Positions 22,907 to 30,818 of a stretch of 36,033 nt of DNA are shown one piece after another. A program made the translations under genes and the position numbers. Origin of the DNA: a virus. Location: IMG/VR virus record IMGVR_UViG_3300020814_000003, one strand, 5' to 3'. Below the pieces are notes generated by a model, which was given only the letters and a program-made list of their open reading frames with translations, did not search any database and had not been told where the DNA came from. Each line of letters opens with the position of its first letter. Positions within the stretch are counted from its first letter, which is position 1.

Positions 22907-23928
22907 AGAACAATCTGCCGCGCTTCAGCCACGACAACGACGCCTGGGCGCACCCGAAACTCGGGGCGCTCCGGGCGCGCTACGGATGGGAAGGATACGG
23001 CCGCTTCTGGGCGCTGAACGAAATGATCGCCGCGGCAGAAGAGTGCCGCCTCGATCTCTCGCGTCCTTTGATTCGGAGCAGTACCGCTTCCCGGCTCGGC
23101 TTGTCACTGGACGAGTTCGAGGCCTTCCTGGCATTTCTCTCCGATCCCGACCAGTGCGGTTTGGTGAACATGCTCGACGGAGTTCTCAGCACCGACCGCA
23201 CCCAGGAGGATTACGCCAGGGTCAAGGCGAACCGGGAGAAAGCGCGCGAGGGAGCCTCCCAGCAACCCCGCCGTGGCGGCCGGTTCACTACCACCGCCGG
23301 CGCCGGCGAGTCTACCGGTAAAACCACCGGCCCGGCCGGTGCGGTTGGCGGTAGTTTTACCGGAGAGCAGAGCAGACTAGAGCAGACTAGACTAGAGCAG
23401 AGCAGAGCAGAGCAAGCACCGGCTGCGCCGGCGCCCGTTGCCGCCGCCTGCTCGCCCTTTTCCCCTGCCCAGATCCAAGAGCGGCTGGCCTTCGCCGCCC
23501 TGGACGTGACGCTGGACGATGCCGGAGCTGGCCAGGTAGCGCAGGCCCTGCAGACCGCCGGCTGCGAGGACCTGGCCTACCTGGACTGGGCGCTGGAGCG
23601 GATCCGCGTGCGGGCCAACGGCAAGCCGATCGCCAACCCGGCCGGCTACCTGCTGTCGGTGGTGGGGCTGTCGGACTGGCTGGCTGCTTGGCGCCAGGAG
23701 GGCGCGCTGCGCACCGCCACGGGACGGCGGCCGCCAGCTCCCGCGCCACCCGAGGGGCCTCCGGAGCCGGACAACCCGGCGGAGGTCGCGCGGCTTCTTG
23801 CCGCGATGCCCTGGAAACCTGGCGGCCACCGCGTGGCCACAGGGCCGCCGGCGCGCGATGTCACGCCGGAGGACCCGCCGGCGCAGGCCGGCGCGGAACC
23901 GCCGGAAACCGAAACGCGAGGAGGATGA
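22903..23928 (+). CDS. Replication initiator/organiser candidate (DUF4373-type N-terminal domain).
   Basis: TTG start overlapping the previous stop (TTGA). The N-terminus is LPRFSHDNDAWAHPKLGALRARYGWEGYGRFWALNEMIAAAEE. A low-complexity linker carries the repeat array, and the C-terminus is Pro-rich. Confidence 0.5.
   Translation: MKNNLPRFSHDNDAWAHPKLGALRARYGWEGYGRFWALNEMIAAAEECRLDLSRPLIRSSTASRLGLSLDEFEAFLAFLSDPDQCGLVNMLDGVLSTDRTQEDYARVKANREKAREGASQQPRRGGRFTTTAGAGESTGKTTGPAGAVGGSFTGEQSRLEQTRLEQSRAEQAPAAPAPVAAACSPFSPAQIQERLAFAALDVTLDDAGAGQVAQALQTAGCEDLAYLDWALERIRVRANGKPIANPAGYLLSVVGLSDWLAAWRQEGALRTATGRRPPAPAPPEGPPEPDNPAEVARLLAAMPWKPGGHRVATGPPARDVTPEDPPAQAGAEPPETETRGG
23315..23363. repeat. 10-bp perfect inverted repeat, CCGGTAAAAC ... 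GTTTTACCGG.
   Basis: The arms are 23315-23324 and 23354-23363, separated by 29 nt, immediately upstream of the pentamer array. Confidence 0.7.
23366..23415. repeat. Phased array of ten pentamers (AGCAG/ACTAG).
   Basis: AGCAG AGCAG ACTAG AGCAG ACTAG ACTAG AGCAG AGCAG AGCAG AGCAA. It is translated in frame as EQSRLEQTRLEQSRAEQ. This is a locally low-GC stretch. Confidence 0.85.
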
Positions 23929-23930
23929 CC

Positions 23931-24485
23931 ATGAGCAGACCGATGGAGCAGGGCCGCCTGCTGATGATCGTGGTGCTGGTGGTGATCGGGCTGATCGCCG
24001 CCGCGGCGCTGGTGTACCCGCTGCAGCCGCCGATGGCCCAGTACGCGATCAGCTCCGGCGTGGGCTACCGGGTGAAGCCGCTTGGCGGCGGCGAGGAGAA
24101 GCTGCACCGTGGCGTGGACCTGGTCGGGCCCGCGGGCTGTGCCATCCTGGCCGCCGGCAGCGGAGTGGTGGTCGAACACTGGCCGGCCCCAGGCACCCCC
24201 GTACCGGGGCGGCCAGGCAGGTACTTCGCCGGCCACCCCGTCATGGGCGGCTACATCGTGCTGGACCACGGCGAGGGGATCTTCACGCTGTACGGCCACA
24301 TGGACCGGACCTACGTGCATACCGGGCAGCGGGTGCTGGCAGGCCAGGTCATCGGCCGGCAGGGCGCCACGGGGGACGCGACGGGTCCGCATCTGCACTT
24401 CGAGCTGGTCGTCTCGCCGCTGCTCTTCTTCGAGCGGCCGTTGGGGCCGGTGCTGGCGCGGGATCCCCGGGAGCTGCTGCGATGA
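23931..24485 (+). CDS. Membrane-anchored M23 (LytM-type) metallopeptidase.
   Basis: The N-terminal TM segment is LLMIVVLVVIGLIAAAALVY. Motifs are HRGVDL, LYGHM and GATGDATGPHLHFEL. GAGGAGG lies 6 nt upstream of ATG 23931. Confidence 0.8.
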   Translation: MSRPMEQGRLLMIVVLVVIGLIAAAALVYPLQPPMAQYAISSGVGYRVKPLGGGEEKLHRGVDLVGPAGCAILAAGSGVVVEHWPAPGTPVPGRPGRYFAGHPVMGGYIVLDHGEGIFTLYGHMDRTYVHTGQRVLAGQVIGRQGATGDATGPHLHFELVVSPLLFFERPLGPVLARDPRELLR

Positions 24486-25057
24486 ACATGCTTCGTGCAT
24501 TAGGCCGCGCCTTCGGCGTGGACCCGGACCGCTTCGAGCGGATCGTGCAGGACTACGAGCGCCCATCTGCGCCCGCCAAGGCCGAGCGCCGCGCCCGCCC
24601 CGACCTGCTGCGGGAGCTGGTGGAGGCGCTGCGTGATATCTACGGCTGGGCAAAGGGGCAACATGGTGAGTGCGTCTCCAGTTGTTATTGTGGGGCCTGT
24701 GCTCATCTACGCGAGGGAAAGACCCGGGCAGCAGACCTGATCGCCCGCGCCGAGTCAGAGGCCGGGGAGCCGGGGGCAATCCAACTTGATCCCGATAGCC
24801 CGCCGCTTGGATTGGCACTATATCCCACGCGGGAGCCGGGGGCGGGTCTGGACGCTGAGAGCCTCGCCGCCTGGAAAGCCGACCGCGAGGAGCTGGAGAT
24901 GCTGCGCCGCAAGCTGCGGGCTTCGGGGGCGGGGGAGTACCGCCGAGGCGTGGAGGACTGCATGGCCGCCGCAATCGACGAAGCTATCAACGCCTGCGGC
25001 TTCGAGGGGCGGCTACGGGCGCGAGTCGAGCGCCTGCTGGCCGAAGGGAAGGAGTGA
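24482..25057 (+). CDS. Hypothetical protein.
   Basis: 191 aa with an ATGA overlap and high GC3. Contains a Cys cluster, CVSSCYCGAC. Confidence 0.55.
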   Translation: MNMLRALGRAFGVDPDRFERIVQDYERPSAPAKAERRARPDLLRELVEALRDIYGWAKGQHGECVSSCYCGACAHLREGKTRAADLIARAESEAGEPGAIQLDPDSPPLGLALYPTREPGAGLDAESLAAWKADREELEMLRRKLRASGAGEYRRGVEDCMAAAIDEAINACGFEGRLRARVERLLAEGKE

Positions 25058-25060
25058 GCC

Positions 25061-25327
25061 GTGACCGTGGATGAGGTTATTGCCGCTGTGACCGCTGAGT
25101 TGTTGCGCGCCCGCAACAAACACGCTCCGATGCATGGCGCCCATGAGGGCTATGCCGTAATTTTGGAGGAACTTGACGAGTTGTGGTCCGAGGTGAAGGC
25201 GCAGATACCGGATATTGGACGGATGCGAAAAGAGGCAATCCAGATCGCAGCCATGGGCGCCCGCTTCGCGCTGGATGTGTGCGCTACCGAGACCCTCGCG
25301 CCGGGGCCGGGGAAGGAGGGGGCGTGA
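25061..25327 (+). CDS. MazG-like all-alpha NTP pyrophosphohydrolase, tentative.
   Basis: 88 aa from the GTG after GGGAAGGAG. HEGYAVILEELDELWSEV is an EExxE-type metal-binding helix. Confidence 0.4.
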   Translation: MTVDEVIAAVTAELLRARNKHAPMHGAHEGYAVILEELDELWSEVKAQIPDIGRMRKEAIQIAAMGARFALDVCATETLAPGPGKEGA

Positions 25328-25458
25328 GCCTTGTTGAGATAATACGCTATTTGCTCTGCCTGCTGCTTGTGTTCATCGGAATCATGATAGGGCGAGAATG
25401 GGAACGGCAGGCTCCCAAGAAGCCCCACCCACCCCGCCGCCAAGGGGAGAAGGCGTGA
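25324..25458 (+). CDS. Small single-TM protein.
   Basis: 44 aa, VSLVEIIRYLLCLLLVFIGIMIGREW..., with GTGA overlaps at both ends. Confidence 0.45.
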   Translation: MSLVEIIRYLLCLLLVFIGIMIGREWERQAPKKPHPPRRQGEKA

Positions 25459-25679
25459 GCGCGCCCTACGCGGGCCCGCTCTACGACGTGCCGGCGGGCG
25501 ACCCGGGGCGGCCGTGCAAGGCCTGCGGGAAGACGATCCACTTCGTCCGCACGAAGACCGGCGCCTGGATGCCGGTGGAGTGGGACGGCGTGCCGCACTG
25601 GGTGGGCTGTCCCGCGCGAGCGCAGTTCAAGAAGCCGCCAGTCAGGCGGATCGACGTCGAGGAGGAGGAGGGAGCATGA
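25455..25679 (+). CDS. Small hypothetical protein with a CxxC motif.
   Basis: 74 aa, contains PCKACGKTIHFV, with a GTGA overlap. Confidence 0.5.
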   Translation: MSAPYAGPLYDVPAGDPGRPCKACGKTIHFVRTKTGAWMPVEWDGVPHWVGCPARAQFKKPPVRRIDVEEEEGA

Positions 25680-25858
25680 AGAAACTGGTAGCGGTTGAGT
25701 TTGTGGTCGACGAGAAGAGCGTGAACCTGAAGCCGGGTGAGCGCTACTCGCACTTCCAGGATCCGGAGACGGGCAAATACTACAGGCCTCAACCTGGCTT
25801 GACCGTCGAGAGCGATGGGGACCTCAGTGACAGATTCATTGAGGTGCCGGTGGAGTGA
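25676..25858 (+). CDS. Small hypothetical protein.
   Basis: 60 aa, MKKLVAVEFVVDEKSVNLKPGERY..., with an ATGA overlap. Confidence 0.5.
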   Translation: MKKLVAVEFVVDEKSVNLKPGERYSHFQDPETGKYYRPQPGLTVESDGDLSDRFIEVPVE

Positions 25859-26250
25859 GCCGCCCCACTACGGTCTGGGATCTCCGGAGCGCTTACTTCG
25901 CCGTCTCAGAGGCGGACCTGCAGCGCCAGGTCCTGGACTTCCTGCGGCTGCGCCGGATCCCGGCCACCCGCAACCAGGCCGGCCACGTGCGCGTGGGCGG
26001 CTCCTGGCTCAACCTCGGCACGCCGGGCTGGCCGGACATCATCGCCTGCTACCGCGGCCGCTTCCTGGGCATCGAGGTCAAGCGCCGCGGGGAGCAGCCG
26101 GGCCCGTTGCAGCTGCGCGCGCACGAGGAGCTCGTTGCCGCCGGCGCGGCGATCCTGGTGGTGCACAGCCTGGCCGAGCTGGAGGCGGGGCTGAAGAAAT
26201 TGCAGACGTGTGCAACGCAGCCTATTGACAGCTCGCCATCCGTGCATTAG
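25855..26250 (+). CDS. VRR-NUC (PD-(D/E)xK) nuclease.
   Basis: 131 aa. GWPDIIACYRGRFLGIEVKRRGEQP matches the D...E-x-K core. It is the last gene of the early/replication block. Confidence 0.65.
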   Translation: MSRPTTVWDLRSAYFAVSEADLQRQVLDFLRLRRIPATRNQAGHVRVGGSWLNLGTPGWPDIIACYRGRFLGIEVKRRGEQPGPLQLRAHEELVAAGAAILVVHSLAELEAGLKKLQTCATQPIDSSPSVH

Positions 26251-26267
26251 ATTCGGCGTAACAGAGA

Positions 26268-26345
26268 GCGGGCAGCCGCCCATGTGACTCCTCAGCCGTT
26301 AAGGCCGGCCGGGGAGCTGCATCGGCGGCTGCCCGCGTTTTTTTT
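26268..26345 (+). terminator. Large hairpin terminator at the early/late module boundary.
   Basis: A perfect 13-bp stem pairs GCGGGCAGCCGCC (26268-80) with GGCGGCTGCCCGC (26324-36). It encloses 43 partly self-pairing nt and is followed by G plus T8 (26338-45). Confidence 0.7.
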
Positions 26346-26378
26346 GGCCGCGCCTTGAAGGCGCAGGGAGGGGAACGA

Positions 26379-26741
26379 ATGAAATCCTGGACGTGGCAGA
26401 AGGTCATCGGGAAGTTCCTGCTGCTGGCCGTGGCCGTGGCGGGAGCCGTGGTCGACCTGTTCGGCATGGTCATCGACCCGGGCGGGGCGGTCCTGGTCCC
26501 GCTCTGGGCGATCCTCATGCCCGGGGTCACCTGGGTCGCGCAGTTCGTCATCGGGCTGCTCCCCGGAGAGGCCTGGCAGGGCATCGTCGGCAAGGGCCTG
26601 CTTCTGGTGGTGTCCCTGGTGCAGCTGGTGGTCGATCAGTTCAGCCCGGGCAATCAGTTCTGGGTGGTGATCGCGCCGCTGGTCACGGCGATCGCGCAGT
26701 ACTTCCTCAGCCTGATCCCGCCCCAGCCCGCGACCTCCTAA
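26379..26741 (+). CDS. Four-TM membrane protein with an internal duplication.
   Basis: 120 aa, with GGGAGGGG upstream. The two halves are similar (WQKVIGKFLLLAVAVAGAVVDLFG... and WQGIVGKGLLLVVSLVQLVVDQFS...). High GC3. Confidence 0.6.
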   Translation: MKSWTWQKVIGKFLLLAVAVAGAVVDLFGMVIDPGGAVLVPLWAILMPGVTWVAQFVIGLLPGEAWQGIVGKGLLLVVSLVQLVVDQFSPGNQFWVVIAPLVTAIAQYFLSLIPPQPATS

Positions 26742-26771
26742 TCGTTTCGCGGCGGGGAGGGGACGGAGCGT

Positions 26772-27272
26772 GTGCAGACCGCGACCGAGCGGCGCTACAT
26801 CGAGATCTATGCTGAGATCATCCGCACCGGCCAGAGCGCAGAGGAAACGGCGCGCCGGCTGGGCGTTGCTGCGGTCACTGCTCATCGTGCTGTGCACTGG
26901 GCTCGCGATCGCGGCCTGCACCTCCTGGACTCCAAGGACAAGCTGCGCAACCACCTCGCCGAGCTCGGGGCCCTGCTGCACCGCCTGGAGCGGGCCTTCG
27001 GAGCCATGGACCGCCGCTACCGCCGGCTGCTGCGCGAGAAAAAGGAGTCCGGCGGGCGCAGCTCTATTCGCATCATGGCCCTGCTCTCCGAGCGCATCCT
27101 GGCCATCCGCACTCGGGTCATGGAACTGGAGGGCCTGTACAAGCACGTGCTCAACATCCAGCACGGCGGGGAAATCAAGGTCCGTGGAGAACCAGACCTC
27201 AGCCGGCTCAGCGACGCCGAGCTGGATCAGCTCGAGCATCTCACCCGGCGCACCATCGCCAGCAACAACTGA
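26772..27272 (+). CDS. terS: Terminase small subunit.
   Basis: 166 aa. It has an N-terminal HTH-like region (GQSAEETARRLGVAAVTAHRAVHWARDRG) and a central coiled coil. It lies immediately upstream of the large terminase. Confidence 0.55.
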   Translation: MQTATERRYIEIYAEIIRTGQSAEETARRLGVAAVTAHRAVHWARDRGLHLLDSKDKLRNHLAELGALLHRLERAFGAMDRRYRRLLREKKESGGRSSIRIMALLSERILAIRTRVMELEGLYKHVLNIQHGGEIKVRGEPDLSRLSDAELDQLEHLTRRTIASNN

Positions 27273-27342
27273 GCCGCTCGCCGGCCGGATCCCGCCGGAG
27301 GCGATCGAGCGCGAGCAGGCCCGCCGGCACCACCTGCGCTTC

Positions 27343-28713
27343 ATGCAGTACTGCTGGCAGCGGCCCTCCCCGATGGCCGTGGGCCGGCACACCAGCGCGA
27401 TCTGCGAGCGGCTCGACCGGGCCATCGCGGACTTTAGGGCCGGCCAGTCCACCTACCTGGTCGTCACCGTCCCCTTCCGGCATGGCAAGAGCGAGATCGT
27501 CAGCCGATTCCTCCCGCCGCACTTCCTGGGCCTGTTTCCCGACGAAGAGGTGCTGCTGGTCACCTACGGCCAGGACCTGGCGGACGGCTTCTCCCGCTTC
27601 GGCCGCACGCTGCTGCGCAGCCCGCGGTATGAGGAGCTGTTCCCGGAGGTGCAGATCTCTGATGAGTCGGCCGCGGTCCACCACTGGGAGCTGCGCGACC
27701 GGCTGGGCAGCTTCAGCGGCGCCGGCCTGGGCGGCACGCTCACCGGCCGCGGCTACGCGCTGGGAATCGTCGACGACTACCACAAGGACCGCAAGGACGC
27801 CGAGAGCCCGGCGGTGCGGGAGTCCAACTGGAACAGCTTCACCGAGAGCTTCCTCACCCGGGCGGCGCCGGTGTCCATCACCCTCGTGGTCGCCAGCCCC
27901 TGGCACACCGACGACATCATCGGCCGGATCAAGAAGGCCATGGCCGAGGATCCGGACTTCCCGCGGTTCGAGTTCATCCGCTTCCCCGCCCAGGACGAGG
28001 CCTACGGCGGGGAAGGCTACCTGTTCCCGGAGCGCTTCTCCGCGGCCTGGTATCGGGCCCGCTCTGCCTTCCTGGGCGCCTACGCCGCGGCCGGCCTGAT
28101 GCAGTGCGAGCCGGTCACCCGCACAGGCAACATCCTGAAGACTGATCGGATCCAGGTGCACGACGAGCTGCCCGCCGAGCTGGTGCTGCGCTGGGTGCGC
28201 GCCTGGGATTTAGCGTCCACCGAGAAGCAGATCTCCAAGCCGGACCCGGACTATACCGTGGGCCTCAAGATGGCGCTGGAGTGGCGCGTGCATCCGGAGC
28301 TGCAGGCGAAGCTGCCGCACCTGTGGTTCGCGGATGACGTGCGCGGGCGCTGGGCCGCCCCGGAGCGCGATCGGCGCATCAAGCTGCACGCCATGCTGGA
28401 CGGCCCCCAGGTGCGGATCGGCGAGGAGTCGGTAGCCGGCTACAAGGACACCGTGGAGCGGACGAAGGAGGTTCTGCGGGGCCTGCGCATCGTGGAGGCC
28501 GTCACCCCACCCGGCGACCTGCTGGTCCGCGTGGCCCCGCTGGAACCGATCTTCGAGGCCGGCCACGTGCACCTGCTGCGCGGAGGCTGGAACCAGGACT
28601 TCATCAGCGAGCTCGCCGAGTACCCGCGCGGGGCCCATGACGACCAGGTCGCGGCCATGGTCACCGGCTACGAGATGCTGACCCGCAAGCGGCAGATCAA
28701 GGTGGCCACGTGA
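27343..28713 (+). CDS. terL: Terminase large subunit.
   Basis: Walker A-like VVTVPFRHGKSEIVS, Walker B-like ALGIVDDYHKD, and a C-terminal nuclease region (VRAWDLAST...AHDDQV). 27343 is the first canonical start after terS, but the in-frame ORF is open far upstream, so the start is uncertain. Confidence 0.8.
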   Translation: MQYCWQRPSPMAVGRHTSAICERLDRAIADFRAGQSTYLVVTVPFRHGKSEIVSRFLPPHFLGLFPDEEVLLVTYGQDLADGFSRFGRTLLRSPRYEELFPEVQISDESAAVHHWELRDRLGSFSGAGLGGTLTGRGYALGIVDDYHKDRKDAESPAVRESNWNSFTESFLTRAAPVSITLVVASPWHTDDIIGRIKKAMAEDPDFPRFEFIRFPAQDEAYGGEGYLFPERFSAAWYRARSAFLGAYAAAGLMQCEPVTRTGNILKTDRIQVHDELPAELVLRWVRAWDLASTEKQISKPDPDYTVGLKMALEWRVHPELQAKLPHLWFADDVRGRWAAPERDRRIKLHAMLDGPQVRIGEESVAGYKDTVERTKEVLRGLRIVEAVTPPGDLLVRVAPLEPIFEAGHVHLLRGGWNQDFISELAEYPRGAHDDQVAAMVTGYEMLTRKRQIKVAT

Positions 28714-30815
28714 CGCGCCTGCCTCTGCTGCGTCGGATCGGCCTGGCGGCCCGCAAGGCCCTGCAGATCATCTTCGGGCAGCCCAGCCTGTGGGGCCGGC
28801 AGCAGCCCGGCAGCCGCTACGACTACGAGCTGAAGGTCGGCGACGGCCTGGGCTCCGCGGTCATCATGGCGCCAGTGAACTGGATCTCCCGGCGCATGAG
28901 CGAGAGCCCGATCCTGATCGCCAAGGGCAAGGATCCTCCAGACGCCGACCACGACCTGGTCCGCCTGCTGCGCAAGCCCAACCCTTTCTACAGCGGCCGC
29001 ACGATGCGCTGGGCCCTGGGCGTCTCGCTGAACCTGGACGGCAACGGCTATCTGGTGAAGGTGCGCAACCGCCAGCTGAAGCCCGTGCAGTTGTGGTACA
29101 TCCCGCACTTCCTGATGGAGCCGCACTGGCCCTACCAGGGGGACGTGTACATCGACTACTACCGCTACCGCCCCGGGGGCCGCGACATCCACCTGCTGCC
29201 GGAGGACGTGGTCCACATCCGGCTTGGCCTGGATCCGCGCAACGTGCGCAAGGGCTACGGGCCCCTGACGGCCCTGCTGCGGGAGATCTTCACCGACGAC
29301 GAGGCGGCCAACTACACCGCCAGCGTGCTGCGAAACGCCGGCGTCCCCGGGGCGATCATCGGGCCGGAGAGCGCCGAGGAGGAGATCTCCGAGGAGGACG
29401 CGAAGATCCTCAAAGAGGAGTGGGGTCAGAAGGTTTCCGGAGACAGCCGCGGCGCCCCCCTGGTGATCAAGCAGGGCCACATCAAGGTGACCCCCTTCGG
29501 CTTCAGCCCGAAGGACCTGGACATCTCCGCGCTGCGCGACGTGCCCGAGGAGCGGGTCACCGCGATGCTGGGGATCCCCGCCTCCGTTGTGGGCTTCGGC
29601 ACCGGCCTGCAGCAGACCAAGGTGGGCGCCACGATGCTCGAGCAGCGGCGCATGGCCTACGAGGACTGCATCATCCCGCTGCAGGACCTGGTTGCCGAAG
29701 AGCTGGAAGCGCAGCTCCTGCCAGACTTCGAGGAGCGCCCGGAGGACTACCGGCTCCTGCATGATCTGTCTGCGGTGCGGGTCCTGCAGGAGGACGAGGG
29801 CGCCAAGGTGGACCGCGCGGTGCGCGCCTTCCAGGGCGGGCTGATCCTGCGCAGTGAGGGCCGCCGGCGCATCGGCGAGGAGTTCGGGCCGGAGGACGAG
29901 GTCTACGCGCAGAGCATGGGCACGATCCTGGTCCCGAAGGGCCAGGTCTTCGATCCTGGCAGCATGACGCTGGCGGCTCGCCTGCCCGGGCTGAAGGGCC
30001 TGAAGGCGGCCAGCCGCGAGCAGCGCTTCCATGCGCAGTTGCAGCGGGCCTGGCTGGTGCTCTCTGAGGTGCAGGCCTCCGCCCTGCGCCGGCTCTTCGA
30101 GGCCGCGGGGGAGGAGGCCGCCGCGGCCTGGCGCGCGGTGGCCGGTGATCGCGGCATCGAGACGCTGGGCCTGCGCGCGGCCCTCAAGGACATCGACGAG
30201 CTGGAGATCTACGCGGGCCTGGTCGCCGAGCGCGTGACCCTGGCCCGCAAGATCGACTACGGCCGGCACTTCCTCATGGTGGCCCGCCGCACCCTGAACG
30301 ACATCAACCTGATCTTCGGGCTGGGCCTGGAGCTCTCCGCGCCGGCCGAGGCCCGGATCGTGGCCTCCGGCGGGATCCGCAAGGGGCTGGTGGACTTCGA
30401 CAGGCAGACGCACGACGCGGTCTTTAGCGCGCTGCGCCAGGCACGCGAAGCCGGCGAGGGCGCCTACGAGGCTGCCCGCCGGATCCGGGAGCTGGTGCCT
30501 GCCGGGCCGTGGTCCAGCTCGGAAGTGCGCTCGGTAGTCATCGGGCGCACCGAGACGAAGTACGCGCAGAACCGCTCCAGCCTGGAGGCCTACGCGGAGT
30601 CCGAGGACATTACCGGGATCCTGGTGATCGATGCCCAGCTGGGGCCCACCGACGAGGAGTGCGAACAGCTCAACGGCCAGGTGGTCAGCATCGAGGAGGC
30701 GCGCCGGCTGGCGGAGAGCGAGCATCCCAACGGGACGCGCTCGTTTGCCCCCGTCATCGGCGACAAGGCCGCCGGCGGGAACGGGCACAGGCTGCCCACG
30801 ACGGCCAGGAGGTAG
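28710..30815 (+). CDS. Portal protein (HK97-type) fused to a MuF/SPP1 gp7-like head-morphogenesis domain.
   Basis: 701 aa with a GTGA overlap with terL. The N-terminal ~400 aa are portal-like. The C-terminus VVIGRTETKYAQNRSSLEAYAES...DEECEQLNGQVVSIEEA...EHPNGTRSFAPV matches the MuF-type motif layout. Confidence 0.8.
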   Translation: MTRLPLLRRIGLAARKALQIIFGQPSLWGRQQPGSRYDYELKVGDGLGSAVIMAPVNWISRRMSESPILIAKGKDPPDADHDLVRLLRKPNPFYSGRTMRWALGVSLNLDGNGYLVKVRNRQLKPVQLWYIPHFLMEPHWPYQGDVYIDYYRYRPGGRDIHLLPEDVVHIRLGLDPRNVRKGYGPLTALLREIFTDDEAANYTASVLRNAGVPGAIIGPESAEEEISEEDAKILKEEWGQKVSGDSRGAPLVIKQGHIKVTPFGFSPKDLDISALRDVPEERVTAMLGIPASVVGFGTGLQQTKVGATMLEQRRMAYEDCIIPLQDLVAEELEAQLLPDFEERPEDYRLLHDLSAVRVLQEDEGAKVDRAVRAFQGGLILRSEGRRRIGEEFGPEDEVYAQSMGTILVPKGQVFDPGSMTLAARLPGLKGLKAASREQRFHAQLQRAWLVLSEVQASALRRLFEAAGEEAAAAWRAVAGDRGIETLGLRAALKDIDELEIYAGLVAERVTLARKIDYGRHFLMVARRTLNDINLIFGLGLELSAPAEARIVASGGIRKGLVDFDRQTHDAVFSALRQAREAGEGAYEAARRIRELVPAGPWSSSEVRSVVIGRTETKYAQNRSSLEAYAESEDITGILVIDAQLGPTDEECEQLNGQVVSIEEARRLAESEHPNGTRSFAPVIGDKAAGGNGHRLPTTARR

Positions 30816-30818
30816 CGC

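Noticed and set aside
23366-23415. Short tandem repeat array considered as a CRISPR or mini-array.
   Set aside because: The units are 5 nt with no spacers, and the tract is in frame within a coding gene. It is not a CRISPR architecture.
23646-24974. 442-aa minus-strand ORF across the initiator, M23 peptidase and 24482 genes.
   Set aside because: It is antisense to three well-supported + strand genes, including one with unmistakable M23 motifs. The translation is low-complexity Pro/Arg/Gly junk.
26770-27342. Upstream extension of the terL frame across the whole terS gene (the track lists 26770..28713, 647 aa).
   Set aside because: The terS frame has the better GC3 and an HTH/coiled-coil-like translation there. 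The extension reads Ser/Cys/Ala/Pro-rich junk. Only the last ~25 in-frame codons before 27343 look possibly coding, and these are flagged separately.
28668-30788. 706-aa minus-strand ORF antisense to the portal gene.
   Set aside because: This is a shadow ORF typical of GC-rich DNA. The translation is Arg/Gly/Pro/Ala/His-rich with no motifs. The + strand frame has portal and MuF motifs, an RBS and coupling context, and high GC3.
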